Shown here: piece after piece, positions 48,205 through 60,037 of the stretch
How positions within the stretch are numbered: the first letter of the stretch is position 1
How the letters are laid out: each line of letters starts with the position of its first letter
NCBI GenBank assembly: GCA_913040915.1
Contig: CAJWHW010000001.1
Location: forward strand, 1-64,000
Length of the DNA: 64,000 nucleotides
Reading direction: 5' to 3'
DNA from: an uncultured Fidelibacterota bacterium
GTDB lineage: Bacteria; Fidelibacterota; Marinisomatia; Marinisomatales; UBA1611
Notes under the pieces: model-generated
Databases searched by the model: none
Told to the model about the DNA's origin: nothing
What the model saw: only the letters and a program-made list of their open reading frames with translations
Program-made: the position numbers and the translations under genes

Positions 48205-50522
48205 AATCACCAACTGAGCTTTGTAACGATTTCCAATATTGGGAAATGACAAAAGACTTAATTGATCAGTGTATCGATATCATGTTGAATCTGCGACAGA
48301 GCGGTCACCCCGGTGGATCTAGATCAAAAGTTCATGCTATGGTTGCGACTTTATTATCCGGCGCGATGCGATGGGACATCCGTGAGCCAGGCAAAAGATT
48401 TGCAGATCGTTATGTATTGGTAGCAGGCCACTGTAATCCTGTGGTATATGCAACTTTGGCTGTTCTGAATGAAGCCTTACGAATTAAACATCGTCAAACT
48501 AATGATGCAAAATATTTAAATTTTCAAGGTGAAGGTTTCCAACTTGTTTGGGAAGATTTACTCACTTTGCGGCAAAGTGGTGGCCTCCCTGGCCATGCAG
48601 AAATGGAAGGAAAAACATTATTTTTTAAAGCCAATACTGGTCCTAGTGGGCATGGTTCTCCTTTTGCTGCTGGCGAAGCATTAGCGTTGAAATTTGCTAA
48701 TACTTCTGATGTGAAAGTATTTGCATTTGAAGGAGAAGGTGGATTCACAACAGGCGCAAGTCACGAGACCATTAATTCTGCATGGGGACTGGGTTTGGGT
48801 AATTTAGTTTATTTCATGGATTGGAATGATTTTGGTATTGATAATCGTCCCTTTAGTTCTATTATGTATGGTGGGCCTGATGAATGGTTTGGCTCCCATG
48901 GCTGGCATGTGGAAGGAACGGAAGATGGTGAAAACTGGGAACAATTAATAGAGGCATATTACAAATTGTTGGTAAAAAATGCCGATCCTAATGTGCCAAA
49001 AGTGATTTACAGTAAAACACGAAAAGGTCGTGGTTATTACATGTATGATAATAAGAGCCATGGAACCGCACATAAGCGGAACTCGGATCTATTTTGGAAA
49101 ACAAAAGAAGATTTTTCAATAAAATATAACCTTCAGTTTGATGGTTTTGGTGATGCTGCTGCTCATACCTGGGAAGGGCAACTAGACCAAGCCTACGCTA
49201 TGTTTGAAACAGTTTTTACTGTGATGAAAAATAACCAGAATTATGTGGATTATTTATCCAGTAGATTAGTGGAGCTGGGGGAATCAGTCCCTGATCAAAA
49301 TGATCAGTGTAAAATCGGTGTAAAGAACCCCTGCAATGATCCTGATCTCTTTAATGTAGATGCATTACCACCAGAGCTCTTTGTAGCACCGGGAGTTAAA
49401 GCTCCTAATCGTATTGGTTTTTCTAAATATGCCAGTTATATCAATACAATTTCAGAACAAAAGTATGGCCGACCCTTGGTTTTGGCTATGAGTGCTGACT
49501 TGGCAGATTCCACCAATATTTCAGGATTTGCAAAAGGATATAATGGCGTTGAAGATAAAGCACTTTTTGATAAACTTTCCAATAAGGATAGTCCGTTATT
49601 TCCACAAGGTATCACAGAATTCACCAACGCAGGAATGATGGCTGGTGCCGCTACTGTAAACTTCAATGAAAATACCTATGATGAATTCAACGGCTTTTAT
49701 GGTGCCACTAGCACCTACGGTTCATTTAGCTATCTTAAATATGGCCCCCTTCGTTTGTTTAGTCAAATCGCTCAAGATTCCGATTTGAAAGTTGGGAAGA
49801 TTATTTGGGTAGCAGGTCACTCTGGACCTGAAACTGCAGAAGATAGCCGCACGCATTTTGGTATTTATGCTCCTGGTGTGACTCAATTGATGCCAGATGG
49901 ACATATAATTAATCTTCACCCATGGGAACATAATGAAGTTGCCCCTTGCTTAGCTGCGGCACTTAGCACGGATGTTCCTTTGATTGTACTCCATTTGACA
50001 CGTCCCCCAGTGATTATTCCAAACCGTGAAGCCATAGACATTGCATCTCATTTAGATGCTGCGAAGGGTGCTTACATTATAAAAAACTATGATGAAGACA
50101 GCCCAAAAGAAGGAGTGGTTTTTGTTCGTGGTACAAGTTCGACAAACTCTATAATGCAAATATTGCCAAGGCTCAGAACAGAAGGTCCCAATGTGAAAAT
50201 TATTGCTTCAATTAGCTGGGAATTATACATAAGACAATCTGAAGAATACAGAAATTCAATAATTTCTGAATCGGAATGGCATGATGCTATGATTATAACC
50301 AATGGAGCTAGAAGATTAATGCATAAATGGATTGCAAACCGACTGGTAGAAAAATACTCTATGGCACCTGACTTTGATAATCGCTGGCGAACAGGCGGCA
50401 GTTTAGAACAAATTATTGCAGAATCTAAATTAGACCCAGATAGCCTTTGGGAAGGCATTACGCGTTTTGCAAAAGATAGAAAATACCGATTGGATAAACT
50501 TCGGAAAGTAATCCCTTCATAA
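48201..50522 (+). CDS. Transketolase-like TPP enzyme (divergent, single chain)
   Basis: SGHPGGS, AGH, LPGH, TGPSGHG, GEG...N TPP motif, SADLADS, GITEF, EDSRTH. Confidence 0.8.
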   Translation: MKSPTELCNDFQYWEMTKDLIDQCIDIMLNLRQSGHPGGSRSKVHAMVATLLSGAMRWDIREPGKRFADRYVLVAGHCNPVVYATLAVLNEALRIKHRQTNDAKYLNFQGEGFQLVWEDLLTLRQSGGLPGHAEMEGKTLFFKANTGPSGHGSPFAAGEALALKFANTSDVKVFAFEGEGGFTTGASHETINSAWGLGLGNLVYFMDWNDFGIDNRPFSSIMYGGPDEWFGSHGWHVEGTEDGENWEQLIEAYYKLLVKNADPNVPKVIYSKTRKGRGYYMYDNKSHGTAHKRNSDLFWKTKEDFSIKYNLQFDGFGDAAAHTWEGQLDQAYAMFETVFTVMKNNQNYVDYLSSRLVELGESVPDQNDQCKIGVKNPCNDPDLFNVDALPPELFVAPGVKAPNRIGFSKYASYINTISEQKYGRPLVLAMSADLADSTNISGFAKGYNGVEDKALFDKLSNKDSPLFPQGITEFTNAGMMAGAATVNFNENTYDEFNGFYGATSTYGSFSYLKYGPLRLFSQIAQDSDLKVGKIIWVAGHSGPETAEDSRTHFGIYAPGVTQLMPDGHIINLHPWEHNEVAPCLAAALSTDVPLIVLHLTRPPVIIPNREAIDIASHLDAAKGAYIIKNYDEDSPKEGVVFVRGTSSTNSIMQILPRLRTEGPNVKIIASISWELYIRQSEEYRNSIISESEWHDAMIITNGARRLMHKWIANRLVEKYSMAPDFDNRWRTGGSLEQIIAESKLDPDSLWEGITRFAKDRKYRLDKLRKVIPS

Positions 50523-50659
50523 TTATTTGTTTGTGCCTTTCTGCAAATATTGCAAATTAATAAAGATTGTTCACTTTTCTTTTCCTCCATCTTTACGTCG
50601 GCATTTTGAGATCGTATCTTTAGTGTCAGAATTACAGTGATTTACATACAATTTATCTG

Positions 50660-51682
50660 ATGACAGAGATACATATTACAGATCCAACTCCCTTCGATGA
50701 TGATATAGCGATTGAAAAATCTCTACGACCTTCCCAGTTTGATGAATTTATCGGGCAGAAAGAATTAGTTGATAATTTGAAACTTTACATAGAAGCAGCC
50801 AACAATCGCGGTGATGCATTAGACCATGTTTTACTATTTGGTCCGCCAGGGTTAGGCAAGACAACTTTAGCAAATATTGTATCTAAAGAACTGAAATCAA
50901 ACATAAAACAAGCTGCTGGCCCTGTAGTTGAGAGGGCCGGTGATCTTGCTGGCTTGATTACAAACCTTAGTTATCGGGATGTATTTTTTATTGATGAAAT
51001 TCATCGTCTCAACAATGTCGTCGAAGAATATCTTTATTCAGCTATGGAGGATTTTTCCATAGATATTATGATTGATAAGGGCCCCAGTGCTCGGAGTGTA
51101 CAGCTTACTATAGAGCCTTTTACCCTCATTGGTGCTACTACAAGACTAGGAAACTTAACATCCCCTCTTCGGGACAGATTTGGTGTTGTATTGCGGGTAA
51201 ATTATTATCGGCCTGAAGAATTATTCCATATTATTAATCGCTCAGCCGATATTTTAGAAGTTGATATTAATGATGATGGTGCAATGGAATTGGCGCGGCG
51301 ATCTCGCGGAACTCCACGAATAGCAAACCGCATTCTAAGACGGGCTCGAGATTTTGCACAGGTAAAGGCTTCTGGAAAAATTGATATAGATGTAGCGCAA
51401 GCGTCCTTGGCTAAATTGGGCATTGATAATATTGGACTTGATCATATGGATAGAAAAATCTTAGATGTAATGATTGATAAATTTAATGGTGGTCCAGTAG
51501 GTGTAAAATCTTTAGCAGTTGCAATTGGAGAAGACCCGTTAACGATAGAAGATGTTTATGAGCCATTTTTGATTAAAGAGGGATTTATAAATAGAACATC
51601 TAGAGGGAGAGTTGCTCAGGCAGCTGCATATAAATTATTAGGGAAAAAAATGATAAAAGACCAACAGGGGTTATTTGAATGA
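50660..51682 (+). CDS. ruvB: Holliday junction helicase RuvB
   Basis: [34 protein letters not shown]. Confidence 0.98.
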   Translation: MTEIHITDPTPFDDDIAIEKSLRPSQFDEFIGQKELVDNLKLYIEAANNRGDALDHVLLFGPPGLGKTTLANIVSKELKSNIKQAAGPVVERAGDLAGLITNLSYRDVFFIDEIHRLNNVVEEYLYSAMEDFSIDIMIDKGPSARSVQLTIEPFTLIGATTRLGNLTSPLRDRFGVVLRVNYYRPEELFHIINRSADILEVDINDDGAMELARRSRGTPRIANRILRRARDFAQVKASGKIDIDVAQASLAKLGIDNIGLDHMDRKILDVMIDKFNGGPVGVKSLAVAIGEDPLTIEDVYEPFLIKEGFINRTSRGRVAQAAAYKLLGKKMIKDQQGLFE

Positions 51683-52731
51683 TTGATAAAAAAAAGAAAT
51701 ATAAACTGGGTGATTTTAATTATCGCTTACCAAAAAATTTAATTGCTCAACATCCTCAATCCCGGCGGGATTATGCCAAGTTAATGGTTGTACATAGGGA
51801 TACAGGAAAAATTGAACATCGTAAATTCTTGAATGTGATTGATTACATGCGTAAAAACGATCTATTAATAGTGAATGATACTAAAGTTTTCCCAGCACGG
51901 TTATTTGCAAAAAAAGATAGAACTGAAGCAAAGGTAGAGGTTTTTTTGTTAAGGGAATTGGCTAATGATCTATGGGAAGTAATGGTTAAACCTGCCCGAA
52001 AAGTGCGGATTGGCAATAAGCTCATGTTCAATAAAAAACTCATGTGTGATGTAATCGATAATACAGTCTCAGGTGGCCGTGTTGTCCGTTTTGAATATGA
52101 TGGCAATAATTTCCATGAAGTAATTGATAAAATAGGTACTTCACCCCTTCCACCATACATTGATAGAGATGCCAATGTTCAGGATAAAAAACGTTATCAA
52201 ACAGTTTACGCTTCGAAACGTGGCGCTGTTGCTGCACCAACTGCTGGGATGCATTTTACCAATAGTTTGATTAAAAAAGCGGTAGACAAAGGTGTAAAAA
52301 TTGAAACAGTCACTCTTCATATAGGGTTAGGCTCATTTCGTCCAGTTCAAGTCGAGGATTTGAATCGTCATCAAATGGACTCAGAATATTTTGAAGTATC
52401 GCCTAAAACATCTATGGCTATTAATCAAGCAAGGAAACGGCATCGTCAAATTATTGCTATAGGAACATCTACTGTAAGAGCGCTTGAAACAATCGCTATT
52501 TCCGGTTTTCAGGTAACCCCTAAACGAGGCTGGACGGATAAATTCATTTATCCGCCATATGATTTTAAAATGGTAGATAAAATGGTTACTAACTTTCATA
52601 TGCCAAAATCTACTTTAATGATGATGGTAAGTGCTTTTGCAGGAAGAAAACTCATTAAAAAAGCATATAATGAGGCAAAGAAAAATGACTATCATTTCCT
52701 AAGCTATGGCGATGCCATGATTATGATTTAG
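51679..52731 (+). CDS. queA: SAM:tRNA ribosyltransferase-isomerase
   Basis: [46 protein letters not shown]. Confidence 0.96.
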   Translation: MIDKKKKYKLGDFNYRLPKNLIAQHPQSRRDYAKLMVVHRDTGKIEHRKFLNVIDYMRKNDLLIVNDTKVFPARLFAKKDRTEAKVEVFLLRELANDLWEVMVKPARKVRIGNKLMFNKKLMCDVIDNTVSGGRVVRFEYDGNNFHEVIDKIGTSPLPPYIDRDANVQDKKRYQTVYASKRGAVAAPTAGMHFTNSLIKKAVDKGVKIETVTLHIGLGSFRPVQVEDLNRHQMDSEYFEVSPKTSMAINQARKRHRQIIAIGTSTVRALETIAISGFQVTPKRGWTDKFIYPPYDFKMVDKMVTNFHMPKSTLMMMVSAFAGRKLIKKAYNEAKKNDYHFLSYGDAMIMI

Positions 52732-52740
52732 AATCCTTTT

Positions 52741-53427
52741 GTGACTGCCTTGAGAGTCTCAGCTATTATACCTGCTGCAGGTTTGGGCCAGCGGTTCGGT
52801 GAAAAAAAACAATTTAAATTATTAGCCGGGAGGCCTCTTTTATTTCATACGCTTATACCTTTTTTTCATACTGAAAAAATACGGGAAATCATTCTTGTAC
52901 TCCCTGATAATGAACTGGACAAAATACGTCGCGATGTGATTTCAATATCTGGAGGTAAACCAGTCCAATTTGTCACGGGTGGTCAAAGGCGGCAGGATTC
53001 TGTTAAAAATGGGTTGCAAGCTGCAAGCGCAAACTCTGACTTTGTTTGTATTCATGATGCAGCGCGCCCATTTGTTACTAAAAAGTTAATTTGTGATTCG
53101 ATAAATGCCTGTAAAAATGTCGATGGTGCAGTTATTGCTTTGCCCTCAAAAGATACAGTTAAGTTTTCTGAAGATGGCATGGTAGAAAAAACTATCGACC
53201 GTGAAAAAGTTTGGCTTGCACAAACCCCACAAACCTTTAATAAAGAGAAACTACTCAAGGCTTTGAAAAATGCTGATTTATTGAATATCAATGGAACCGA
53301 TGAATCTGTACTTATGGAGTTTATGGGATATTCAATCAGACTGGCAGTTGGTCATACAAATAATTTTAAGGTAACTACATTTGAAGATTGGCAACGCGCA
53401 GAATCCCTTGTTATTCAAAAAAACTGA
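52741..53427 (+). CDS. ispD: MEP cytidylyltransferase
   Basis: PAAGLGQRF, RQDSV, IHDAARP, QTPQ. Confidence 0.94.
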   Translation: MTALRVSAIIPAAGLGQRFGEKKQFKLLAGRPLLFHTLIPFFHTEKIREIILVLPDNELDKIRRDVISISGGKPVQFVTGGQRRQDSVKNGLQAASANSDFVCIHDAARPFVTKKLICDSINACKNVDGAVIALPSKDTVKFSEDGMVEKTIDREKVWLAQTPQTFNKEKLLKALKNADLLNINGTDESVLMEFMGYSIRLAVGHTNNFKVTTFEDWQRAESLVIQKN

Positions 53428-53439
53428 GGATAAATCATT

Positions 53440-53934
53440 ATGATAAGAAGCGGCATTGGATATGATGTTCATCAATTGGCAAAAGGTGAAAAGCTCATCA
53501 TTGGTGGTGTAGAAATCCCAACACCTTATGGCTCGGTCGGGCATTCTGATGGCGATGGGCTCATTCATGCAATTGTTGATGCATTATTAGGTGCTACAGG
53601 ATTAGGGGACATTGGACAATTTTTCCCAAGTGATGATCAAAAATGGAACAATATTCCTAGCAGCCACTTTCTAGCTGATACAGTTAATAGAGTTCGAAAA
53701 GAGGGATTTGAAATAAATAATATAGATGCAACTATCATTCTACAGCAGCCCAAGGTTTCAGATTTCATTCCGGAAATGAGATACAATTTAGCATTTTCTA
53801 TGGAGCTTGATGAATCTCAAGTGTCTATAAAAGCCACAACAACAGATCATTTAGGTTTCGTGGGTGATTGTTTTGGCTGGGCAGTGCAAGCAATAGCGAC
53901 ACTCTATTTAAAAAATGGACATAATAAATCTTAA
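53440..53934 (+). CDS. ispF: MEcPP synthase
   Basis: GIGYDVH, HSDGD, DIG..FP, KATT. Confidence 0.95.
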   Translation: MIRSGIGYDVHQLAKGEKLIIGGVEIPTPYGSVGHSDGDGLIHAIVDALLGATGLGDIGQFFPSDDQKWNNIPSSHFLADTVNRVRKEGFEINNIDATIILQQPKVSDFIPEMRYNLAFSMELDESQVSIKATTTDHLGFVGDCFGWAVQAIATLYLKNGHNKS

Positions 53935-54754
53935 ATCGTTTGCAAAGGTTAATATAGGTCTTCGGATTCTAGAAAAGCGACCAGATGGGTACCATAATAT
54001 TCATACTCTTTTCCAGGAGTTGGATTTTCATGATTCAATTACGCTAGAAAAACGAGACTCAGGTATTGAATTTCTTTCAAATGTTGGATGGTTAAAAAAC
54101 GATTCATCTAATCTTTGTGTAAAAGCGTGGCAAACTTTGGTAGATGCTTTTGGCATTCCAGGCGTTTCGATTCAACTGCATAAACGTATCCCCGCTGGCA
54201 GTGGTTTGGGAGGTGGCTCTTCTAATGCAGCAACTGTTTTAAAAGGTCTGAAGCAGCTTTATGAATTAGATATCAGCAATAATGAATTAGAAAAATTAGG
54301 CAAGGTTTTGGGGGCGGATGTGCCATTCTTTATTCGGGGAGGCTTACAGCTTGGCGATGGTATTGGTGATAAACTAACCCCTTTGTGTAAAGCAGTTCGT
54401 GGAAATTATTTATTAGTTATGCCAGAGTTTTATATCGATACAAAATTGGCTTATTCAAATAGTAAAAAAATTTTGGATGAATCGAGAGAGAATATTAATT
54501 TTTCAAGCTTTATTCGAAATAATAATATTTCTTTCGAGCTTTTTGAGAATGATTTTGAAGCAATTGCTGTTCCAGCATATCCAGAGATTGGACAAATTAA
54601 AGAAACGCTCCGGGCACATGGCGCCCGGTTTGCCAGTCTGTCGGGCTCAGGTTCGACTGTGTTCGGGATATTTGATGAAGACGCTGATTTAAAACCAGTT
54701 GAGTTAGATTTTTCCACCCGTTATACAACTTTTATCTCCCGTCCAAATTTCTAA
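53915..54754 (+). CDS. ispE: CDP-ME kinase
   Basis: AKVN, KRPDGYH, KRIP.GSGLGGGSSNAA, GADVPFF, SGSGS. Confidence 0.95.
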   Translation: MDIINLKSFAKVNIGLRILEKRPDGYHNIHTLFQELDFHDSITLEKRDSGIEFLSNVGWLKNDSSNLCVKAWQTLVDAFGIPGVSIQLHKRIPAGSGLGGGSSNAATVLKGLKQLYELDISNNELEKLGKVLGADVPFFIRGGLQLGDGIGDKLTPLCKAVRGNYLLVMPEFYIDTKLAYSNSKKILDESRENINFSSFIRNNNISFELFENDFEAIAVPAYPEIGQIKETLRAHGARFASLSGSGSTVFGIFDEDADLKPVELDFSTRYTTFISRPNF

Positions 54755-54776
54755 GCTGTAGCTTACCCAAAATTTA

Positions 54777-54847
54777 TGGGGCGTCGTCTAATGGTAGGAC
54801 ACCGGGTTTTGGTCCCGGCAGTTGGGGTTCGAGTCCCTACGCCCCAG
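54777..54847 (+). tRNA. tRNA-Gln (anticodon TTG), CCA not encoded
   Basis: Cloverleaf: acceptor TGGGGCG/CGCCCCA, anticodon arm CCGGG-TTTTGGT-CCCGG, T-loop TTCGAGT; usual position between ispE and prs. Confidence 0.96.
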
Positions 54848-54872
54848 CTCTGATTCATTCATTAATACTAGT

Positions 54873-55817
54873 ATGGTAAACAGACTAAAAATATTCAGTG
54901 GCCGTAGCAATTTGCCTTTGGGCCAAAAGATCGCACACTCGCTAGGGCGAGAACTAGGGGAAATCTCCATTCAAACCTTCAGCGATGGTGAATTATGGGT
55001 CAAATTTGAAGAAAACATCCGAGGTCATGATGTTTTTCTTATTCAATCTACCAATGGTCCATCAGAAAATATTGTTGAGCTTGCATTAATGGTCGATGCA
55101 GCTGTTCGTGCATCAGCCGATCGCGTCACAGTTGTCATGCCTTATTTTGGATATGGTAGACAGGATCGCAAAGATCAGCCGCGTGTGCCTATTTCTTCTA
55201 GAGTTATGATTGATATATTTACTGCTATGGGAGCTGACAGAATTATTACTATGGATTTACATACAACTCAAATTCAAGGCTTTGCAAAGATCCCATTTGA
55301 TAATTTATATAGCCGAACTGTCCTATTTGAGACAATTAAATCTCAGGGTTTTGACCCTGAAACCAGTGTTGTATTAGCTCCCGATATAGGATCAGCGAAA
55401 ATGAGCCAAAGTTATGCAAAGCATATGAGTATGCATTTTGCGTTGATTGATAAGCGTAGATATGCGCCAAATAAAGCTGAAGTAAATCATTTGATTGGCG
55501 ATTTAGAAAATATGGATGTTTTAATTATTGATGATATGATTGATACAGCTGGAACGATAGTTAATGCAGCTCAAGCAGCACTGGATAAAGGAGCTAAATC
55601 TGTGACAGCTGTAGCGACACATGGTGTTTTGTCAGGACAGGCCATAGGCAAATTAAATGAATCAAAAATAAAAAAAATTATACTTACTGACACAATAGAT
55701 ATTTCACCACACAAGATATTGGATAAAATGGAAATTGTTTCTGTGGCCGGCGTCTTTGGGGAAGCTGTTAACCGGATTCATAACGGAGAATCTGTAAGTG
55801 CTCTATTCGAATTTTAA
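54873..55817 (+). CDS. prs: Ribose-phosphate pyrophosphokinase; start moved to ATG 54873
   Basis: FSDGE, PYFGYGRQDRK, DLH, IDDMIDTAGT. The annotated TTG start lies inside the tRNA. Confidence 0.96.
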   Translation: MVNRLKIFSGRSNLPLGQKIAHSLGRELGEISIQTFSDGELWVKFEENIRGHDVFLIQSTNGPSENIVELALMVDAAVRASADRVTVVMPYFGYGRQDRKDQPRVPISSRVMIDIFTAMGADRIITMDLHTTQIQGFAKIPFDNLYSRTVLFETIKSQGFDPETSVVLAPDIGSAKMSQSYAKHMSMHFALIDKRRYAPNKAEVNHLIGDLENMDVLIIDDMIDTAGTIVNAAQAALDKGAKSVTAVATHGVLSGQAIGKLNESKIKKIILTDTIDISPHKILDKMEIVSVAGVFGEAVNRIHNGESVSALFEF

Positions 55818-55831
55818 AAAGGAGAAAAACG

Positions 55832-56509
55832 ATGGCATCATCGTATTATAAATTAGATATTCAAGACAGAGTTCTAACCAGAACTAAAGGATCAAAAGCT
55901 TTACGCGGTCAAGGGTTAATTCCCGGGGTTCTTTATTATGGAGGTGAAAACAATGTCAATTTTTCTGTAAAGAAAACCGTTTTATTTCATGCCCTCCAAT
56001 CTGGTCAGCGTATTTTTGAAATTGAACAGGATGGTGAAATGCAATACACTATGATAAAGGAGCTCCAGTATCATCCTGTAACAGATGATGTAATTCACAT
56101 TGATTTGATGCGTGTCCGCCGTTCAGAAAAATTGACAATTGCTGTACCGCTTGTTTTAGTTGGTGAGTCAATTGGTGTAAAGGAGGGCGGAGTCCTGTCG
56201 CAGGCTATGAACCAAATTGAGATCAGCTGTTTTCCGACAGACGTACCAGAACAGATTGAATTAGATATTAATGATTTGGAAATGAATTCAGCAAAAAACG
56301 TATCTGATGTTGTCATAGATAACGAAGATATAGATATTGTTTCAGGCAAAGATTTGAATATTGTTTCTGTCCATCCTCCTGTAGCTGATGAAGAACCTGT
56401 GGTTGAAGAACTGGAAGGAGAGGATGCTGAAGAATCAGTTGAAGGAGATGCGCCACCCTCTGAAGAAGATGGCACAGAAGAATCAGGGGATGATTCGGAA
56501 GGTCCATGA
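55832..56509 (+). CDS. rplY: 50S ribosomal protein L25/Ctc
   Basis: LR..GLIPGVLY, QYHPV...HID, GVKEGG; acidic tail. Confidence 0.93.
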   Translation: MASSYYKLDIQDRVLTRTKGSKALRGQGLIPGVLYYGGENNVNFSVKKTVLFHALQSGQRIFEIEQDGEMQYTMIKELQYHPVTDDVIHIDLMRVRRSEKLTIAVPLVLVGESIGVKEGGVLSQAMNQIEISCFPTDVPEQIELDINDLEMNSAKNVSDVVIDNEDIDIVSGKDLNIVSVHPPVADEEPVVEELEGEDAEESVEGDAPPSEEDGTEESGDDSEGP

Positions 56510-57060
56510 TTGCTTTCATTGGTTTAGGGAATCCTGGTGAGAAGTATGCAAATACAAAACATAATGTAGGTTTTTGGGTGGTTGATGAATTTGCAAGAAG
56601 GCAAAAACTTCTATTTAAACCTGGGAATGGTGAATATGTATTTACTCAATACCAACGCCGTGACTTATTATTAGTAAAGCCAACCACAGGAATGAATAGA
56701 AGCGGAAACGCCGTGAAAGAATTAGTAAATAAATGGAAGTTATTACCAGCAGACATTTATCCCGTTGTGGATGATGTTGATTTGCCTTTAGGGACCATTC
56801 GAATCCGACCAAAAGGAGGTGATGGATGCCATCGCGGTATGGAAAATATTATTTACCAGCTTCAATCGGATCAATTCCCAAGAGTGCGATTAGGTATTGG
56901 AACGGATGAAAATATGCGCCCTGCAGAAAAATACGTACTAAAACCTTTCAAAGTATATCATGAGTCAGATGCTGCATCCATGGTAAATCGTGGTGCAGAT
57001 GCTTTAGAAAATATTTTGGTGATGGGCTTAAACCACACTATGAACTATTTTAATTCTTAA
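56506..57060 (+). CDS. pth: Peptidyl-tRNA hydrolase
   Basis: GLGNPG..Y..TKHNVGF, KPTTGMN.SG, DDVDL, RVRLGIG. Confidence 0.94.
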   Translation: MIAFIGLGNPGEKYANTKHNVGFWVVDEFARRQKLLFKPGNGEYVFTQYQRRDLLLVKPTTGMNRSGNAVKELVNKWKLLPADIYPVVDDVDLPLGTIRIRPKGGDGCHRGMENIIYQLQSDQFPRVRLGIGTDENMRPAEKYVLKPFKVYHESDAASMVNRGADALENILVMGLNHTMNYFNS

Positions 57061-57079
57061 TTCAGGAGAAAACTAACCC

Positions 57080-59224
57080 ATGAATTCGAATTTGTTTTTT
57101 GTAATAGGGGCTTCTGGGATTGCGTTGGCTTTTGCATTTTGGAAGACCAGTTGGATCAATGCTCAGGATGAAGGCACAGATCGTATGAAAATAATCGGTA
57201 AAAGTATTGCTGATGGTGCGATGGCTTTTTTGAAAGCAGAATATAGAGTTCTTGCAATATTTGTATTATTTGTTGCTGTATTGCTTGGTCTTGTAAATAA
57301 TGGTAGAGATGATTCAAGTTCATTGATTTCTTTATCATTCATTATGGGTGCCGTTGCATCTGGGCTAGCTGGATTCCTTGGAATGAAAGTCGCGACAAAA
57401 GCAAATAACCGGACAACACATGCGGCCCGTACTGGAATATCTAAGGCATTAAATGTTGCATTTAGTGGCGGTTCGGTCATGGGACTCAGCGTAGTTGGGC
57501 TTGGTGTAATGGGGCTCGGAGTCCTGTTTATGTACTACACATATATTTTTGGTACAGATAAAGCCAGTATTAGCACCGTATTAAATGTTATTTCTGGGTT
57601 TTCTCTGGGGGCGTCATCAATTGCTTTATTTGCCCGTGTTGGTGGAGGTATCTATACCAAAGCAGCAGATGTTGGTGCTGATCTTGTCGGGAAAGTAGAA
57701 GCAGGAATACCAGAAGATCATCCACTAAACCCCGCAACAATTGCAGATAATGTTGGTGATAATGTGGGAGATGTTGCTGGAATGGGTGCTGATTTATTTG
57801 AGTCATATGTTGGCTCCATCGTAGGTTCGATGGTATTAGGCTCGAGTATTCTTGTAATAGGGAATTTTGATCTTAACTTTGTCTTGTTACCACTTTTTAT
57901 TGCAGGAGTAGGAATAATTGTATCAATTCTTGGAACATTTATGGTTTCTGTTAAAGAGGGCGGAGATCCACAAAAAGCTCTAAATATGGGTGAATTTGGT
58001 TCTGCTGGGATTATGATGGTGGCTATTTACTTTTTGATTCAAGAATTTCTTCCTGAGTTTTTTATGCAAGGTGGTGTTTCCTACAGTAGTATAGGAGTTT
58101 TTTATGCAACTGCAACTGGACTTTTAGCTGGACTTGGAATTGGTATGGTTACAGAGTATTACACCGGCACCGGAACATCTCCTGTTAAATCCATTACTGA
58201 ACAATCTATAACCGGTCCTGCTACAAATATTATTGCTGGATTAGGTGTTGGTATGCAATCTACAGCTATGCCGGTTTTGATCATTGCCTTAGGAATTGTA
58301 GCAGCTTATCATTTTGCTGGATTATATGGGATAGCTATGGCAGCTTTAGGCATGCTAGCCAACACGGGAATTCAGTTAGCTGTGGATGCTTATGGTCCAA
58401 TCTCTGATAATGCTGGGGGTATTGCAGAGATGGCTGCATTACCAAAAGAAGTTCGTGAACGCACTGATAAATTGGATGCAGTTGGGAATACTACTGCTGC
58501 AATCGGTAAAGGTTTTGCAATCGGATCAGCAGCATTAACTGCTTTGGCATTATTTGCAGCATTTATGGTTCAAAGCGGAATTGATAGTATTGATATTTCA
58601 AATCCAACTGTTATGGCAGGTTTATTTGTGGGGGGAATGCTTCCCTTCTTATTTTCATCTCTTGCAATGGGGGCAGTTGGCCGTGCAGCAAGGGCCATGA
58701 TTGAAGAAGTGCGTCGCCAATTCAGAGAAATTCCTGAATTGCAAAAAGCTCTTGAGTTGATGAGTTTAAAAGAAGAAAAAGACTGGAACGATGATGACCG
58801 TCAAATATATGAAGATGCTCTTGGAAAAGCTGAGCATGAGCGTTGTGTAGAAATTTCTACACAATCCGCTATTAAAGAAATGGTAACACCTGGATTATTA
58901 GCAGTAATCACTCCTGTTTTTGTTGGTTTTGTTTTTGAAGCCGAAACACTGGGTGGATTACTCGCCGGTGTAACTGTATCGGGTGTTTTGATGGCCATTT
59001 TTCAATCAAATGCAGGTGGAGCATGGGATAATGCGAAGAAAATGATTGAAGAAGGTGTTATAGTTGGCACAGAAAATCTAATTAAGGGTTCTGAAGCTCA
59101 CAAAGCTGCAGTTGTTGGTGATACAGTTGGTGACCCTTTCAAAGATACATCTGGTCCTTCATTAAATATTTTAATTAAACTGATGTCAGTAGTCTCACTG
59201 GTCATCGCGCCGCTGATTGCGTAA
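57080..59224 (+). CDS. hppA: Membrane pyrophosphatase, K+-dependent, probably Na+-translocating
   Basis: [33 protein letters not shown] (Ala at the K+-dependence site), GDPFKDT. Confidence 0.93.
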   Translation: MNSNLFFVIGASGIALAFAFWKTSWINAQDEGTDRMKIIGKSIADGAMAFLKAEYRVLAIFVLFVAVLLGLVNNGRDDSSSLISLSFIMGAVASGLAGFLGMKVATKANNRTTHAARTGISKALNVAFSGGSVMGLSVVGLGVMGLGVLFMYYTYIFGTDKASISTVLNVISGFSLGASSIALFARVGGGIYTKAADVGADLVGKVEAGIPEDHPLNPATIADNVGDNVGDVAGMGADLFESYVGSIVGSMVLGSSILVIGNFDLNFVLLPLFIAGVGIIVSILGTFMVSVKEGGDPQKALNMGEFGSAGIMMVAIYFLIQEFLPEFFMQGGVSYSSIGVFYATATGLLAGLGIGMVTEYYTGTGTSPVKSITEQSITGPATNIIAGLGVGMQSTAMPVLIIALGIVAAYHFAGLYGIAMAALGMLANTGIQLAVDAYGPISDNAGGIAEMAALPKEVRERTDKLDAVGNTTAAIGKGFAIGSAALTALALFAAFMVQSGIDSIDISNPTVMAGLFVGGMLPFLFSSLAMGAVGRAARAMIEEVRRQFREIPELQKALELMSLKEEKDWNDDDRQIYEDALGKAEHERCVEISTQSAIKEMVTPGLLAVITPVFVGFVFEAETLGGLLAGVTVSGVLMAIFQSNAGGAWDNAKKMIEEGVIVGTENLIKGSEAHKAAVVGDTVGDPFKDTSGPSLNILIKLMSVVSLVIAPLIA

Positions 59225-59239
59225 AAATAAGGAGGCATT

Positions 59240-59800
59240 ATGCGGTATTACGAAATACTATATATAGTCAATCCCAACTTGGAAGATAACGCTCTATCAA
59301 ATACGATGGGTGAGATTGGATCTGAGTTGGAAAAAACTAAATCCAAATTGATAAACCATCGTGTATGGGGTAAAAAACGATTAGCATACCCCATTCAAAA
59401 ACAAAAATATGGTTCATATATTCTTCTGCAATTTGAAGGCGGGGAACAAAATCAAATGGCTGATTTTGATACTTGGATGAAATTAAACAATGCTGTATTG
59501 CGACATATGACAGTTTCTTTAGATGAAAAACCGGAAAGATATGTTGAAGAAAGGAAAGATGAACAATTGAAAGAAGATGGTAAAGCAGAAGGAGCTAAAG
59601 ATGCCAGTTTATCTGTTGCATCGGACATATTATCGCCTGTATCTGAAGATTCTGAAGTAGAGGTGTCTGCAGGAAAAATAGATGAAGGTGAATCGATTGA
59701 AGGACCAATAGAAGAAGAATCCTTAGAAAAAAATGCTGAAGAAGATGCCAAAGGCACATTAGAAGAAAATAAAATAAATGAAGAAAAGGAGGGTAAATAA
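59240..59800 (+). CDS. rpsF: 30S ribosomal protein S6 with long acidic tail
   Basis: [23 protein letters not shown]. Confidence 0.93.
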   Translation: MRYYEILYIVNPNLEDNALSNTMGEIGSELEKTKSKLINHRVWGKKRLAYPIQKQKYGSYILLQFEGGEQNQMADFDTWMKLNNAVLRHMTVSLDEKPERYVEERKDEQLKEDGKAEGAKDASLSVASDILSPVSEDSEVEVSAGKIDEGESIEGPIEEESLEKNAEEDAKGTLEENKINEEKEGK

Positions 59801-60027
59801 TGGCTTTCCAAAATCGAAAGAAGTACTGTTATTTTAAAGAAAATGGTATCACTATTATTGATTATAAAGATGTGAAACTCCTACGCAGGTTTGTTAATAA
59901 CCAGGGTAAAATCATGCCCCGGCGCATCACAGGTACAAGTTCTAAAATGCACCGCAAGTTAGTGAGGGCCATCAAAAGAGCCCGTTCTATTGCTTTAATG
60001 CCGTATGTTGAAAGTGGCACAGAATAA
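59800..60027 (+). CDS. rpsR: 30S ribosomal protein S18
   Basis: IDYKDV.LL, GKI.PRRITG, AIKRAR..ALMPY. Confidence 0.96.
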   Translation: MAFQNRKKYCYFKENGITIIDYKDVKLLRRFVNNQGKIMPRRITGTSSKMHRKLVRAIKRARSIALMPYVESGTE

Positions 60028-60037
60028 GGAAAGGATC

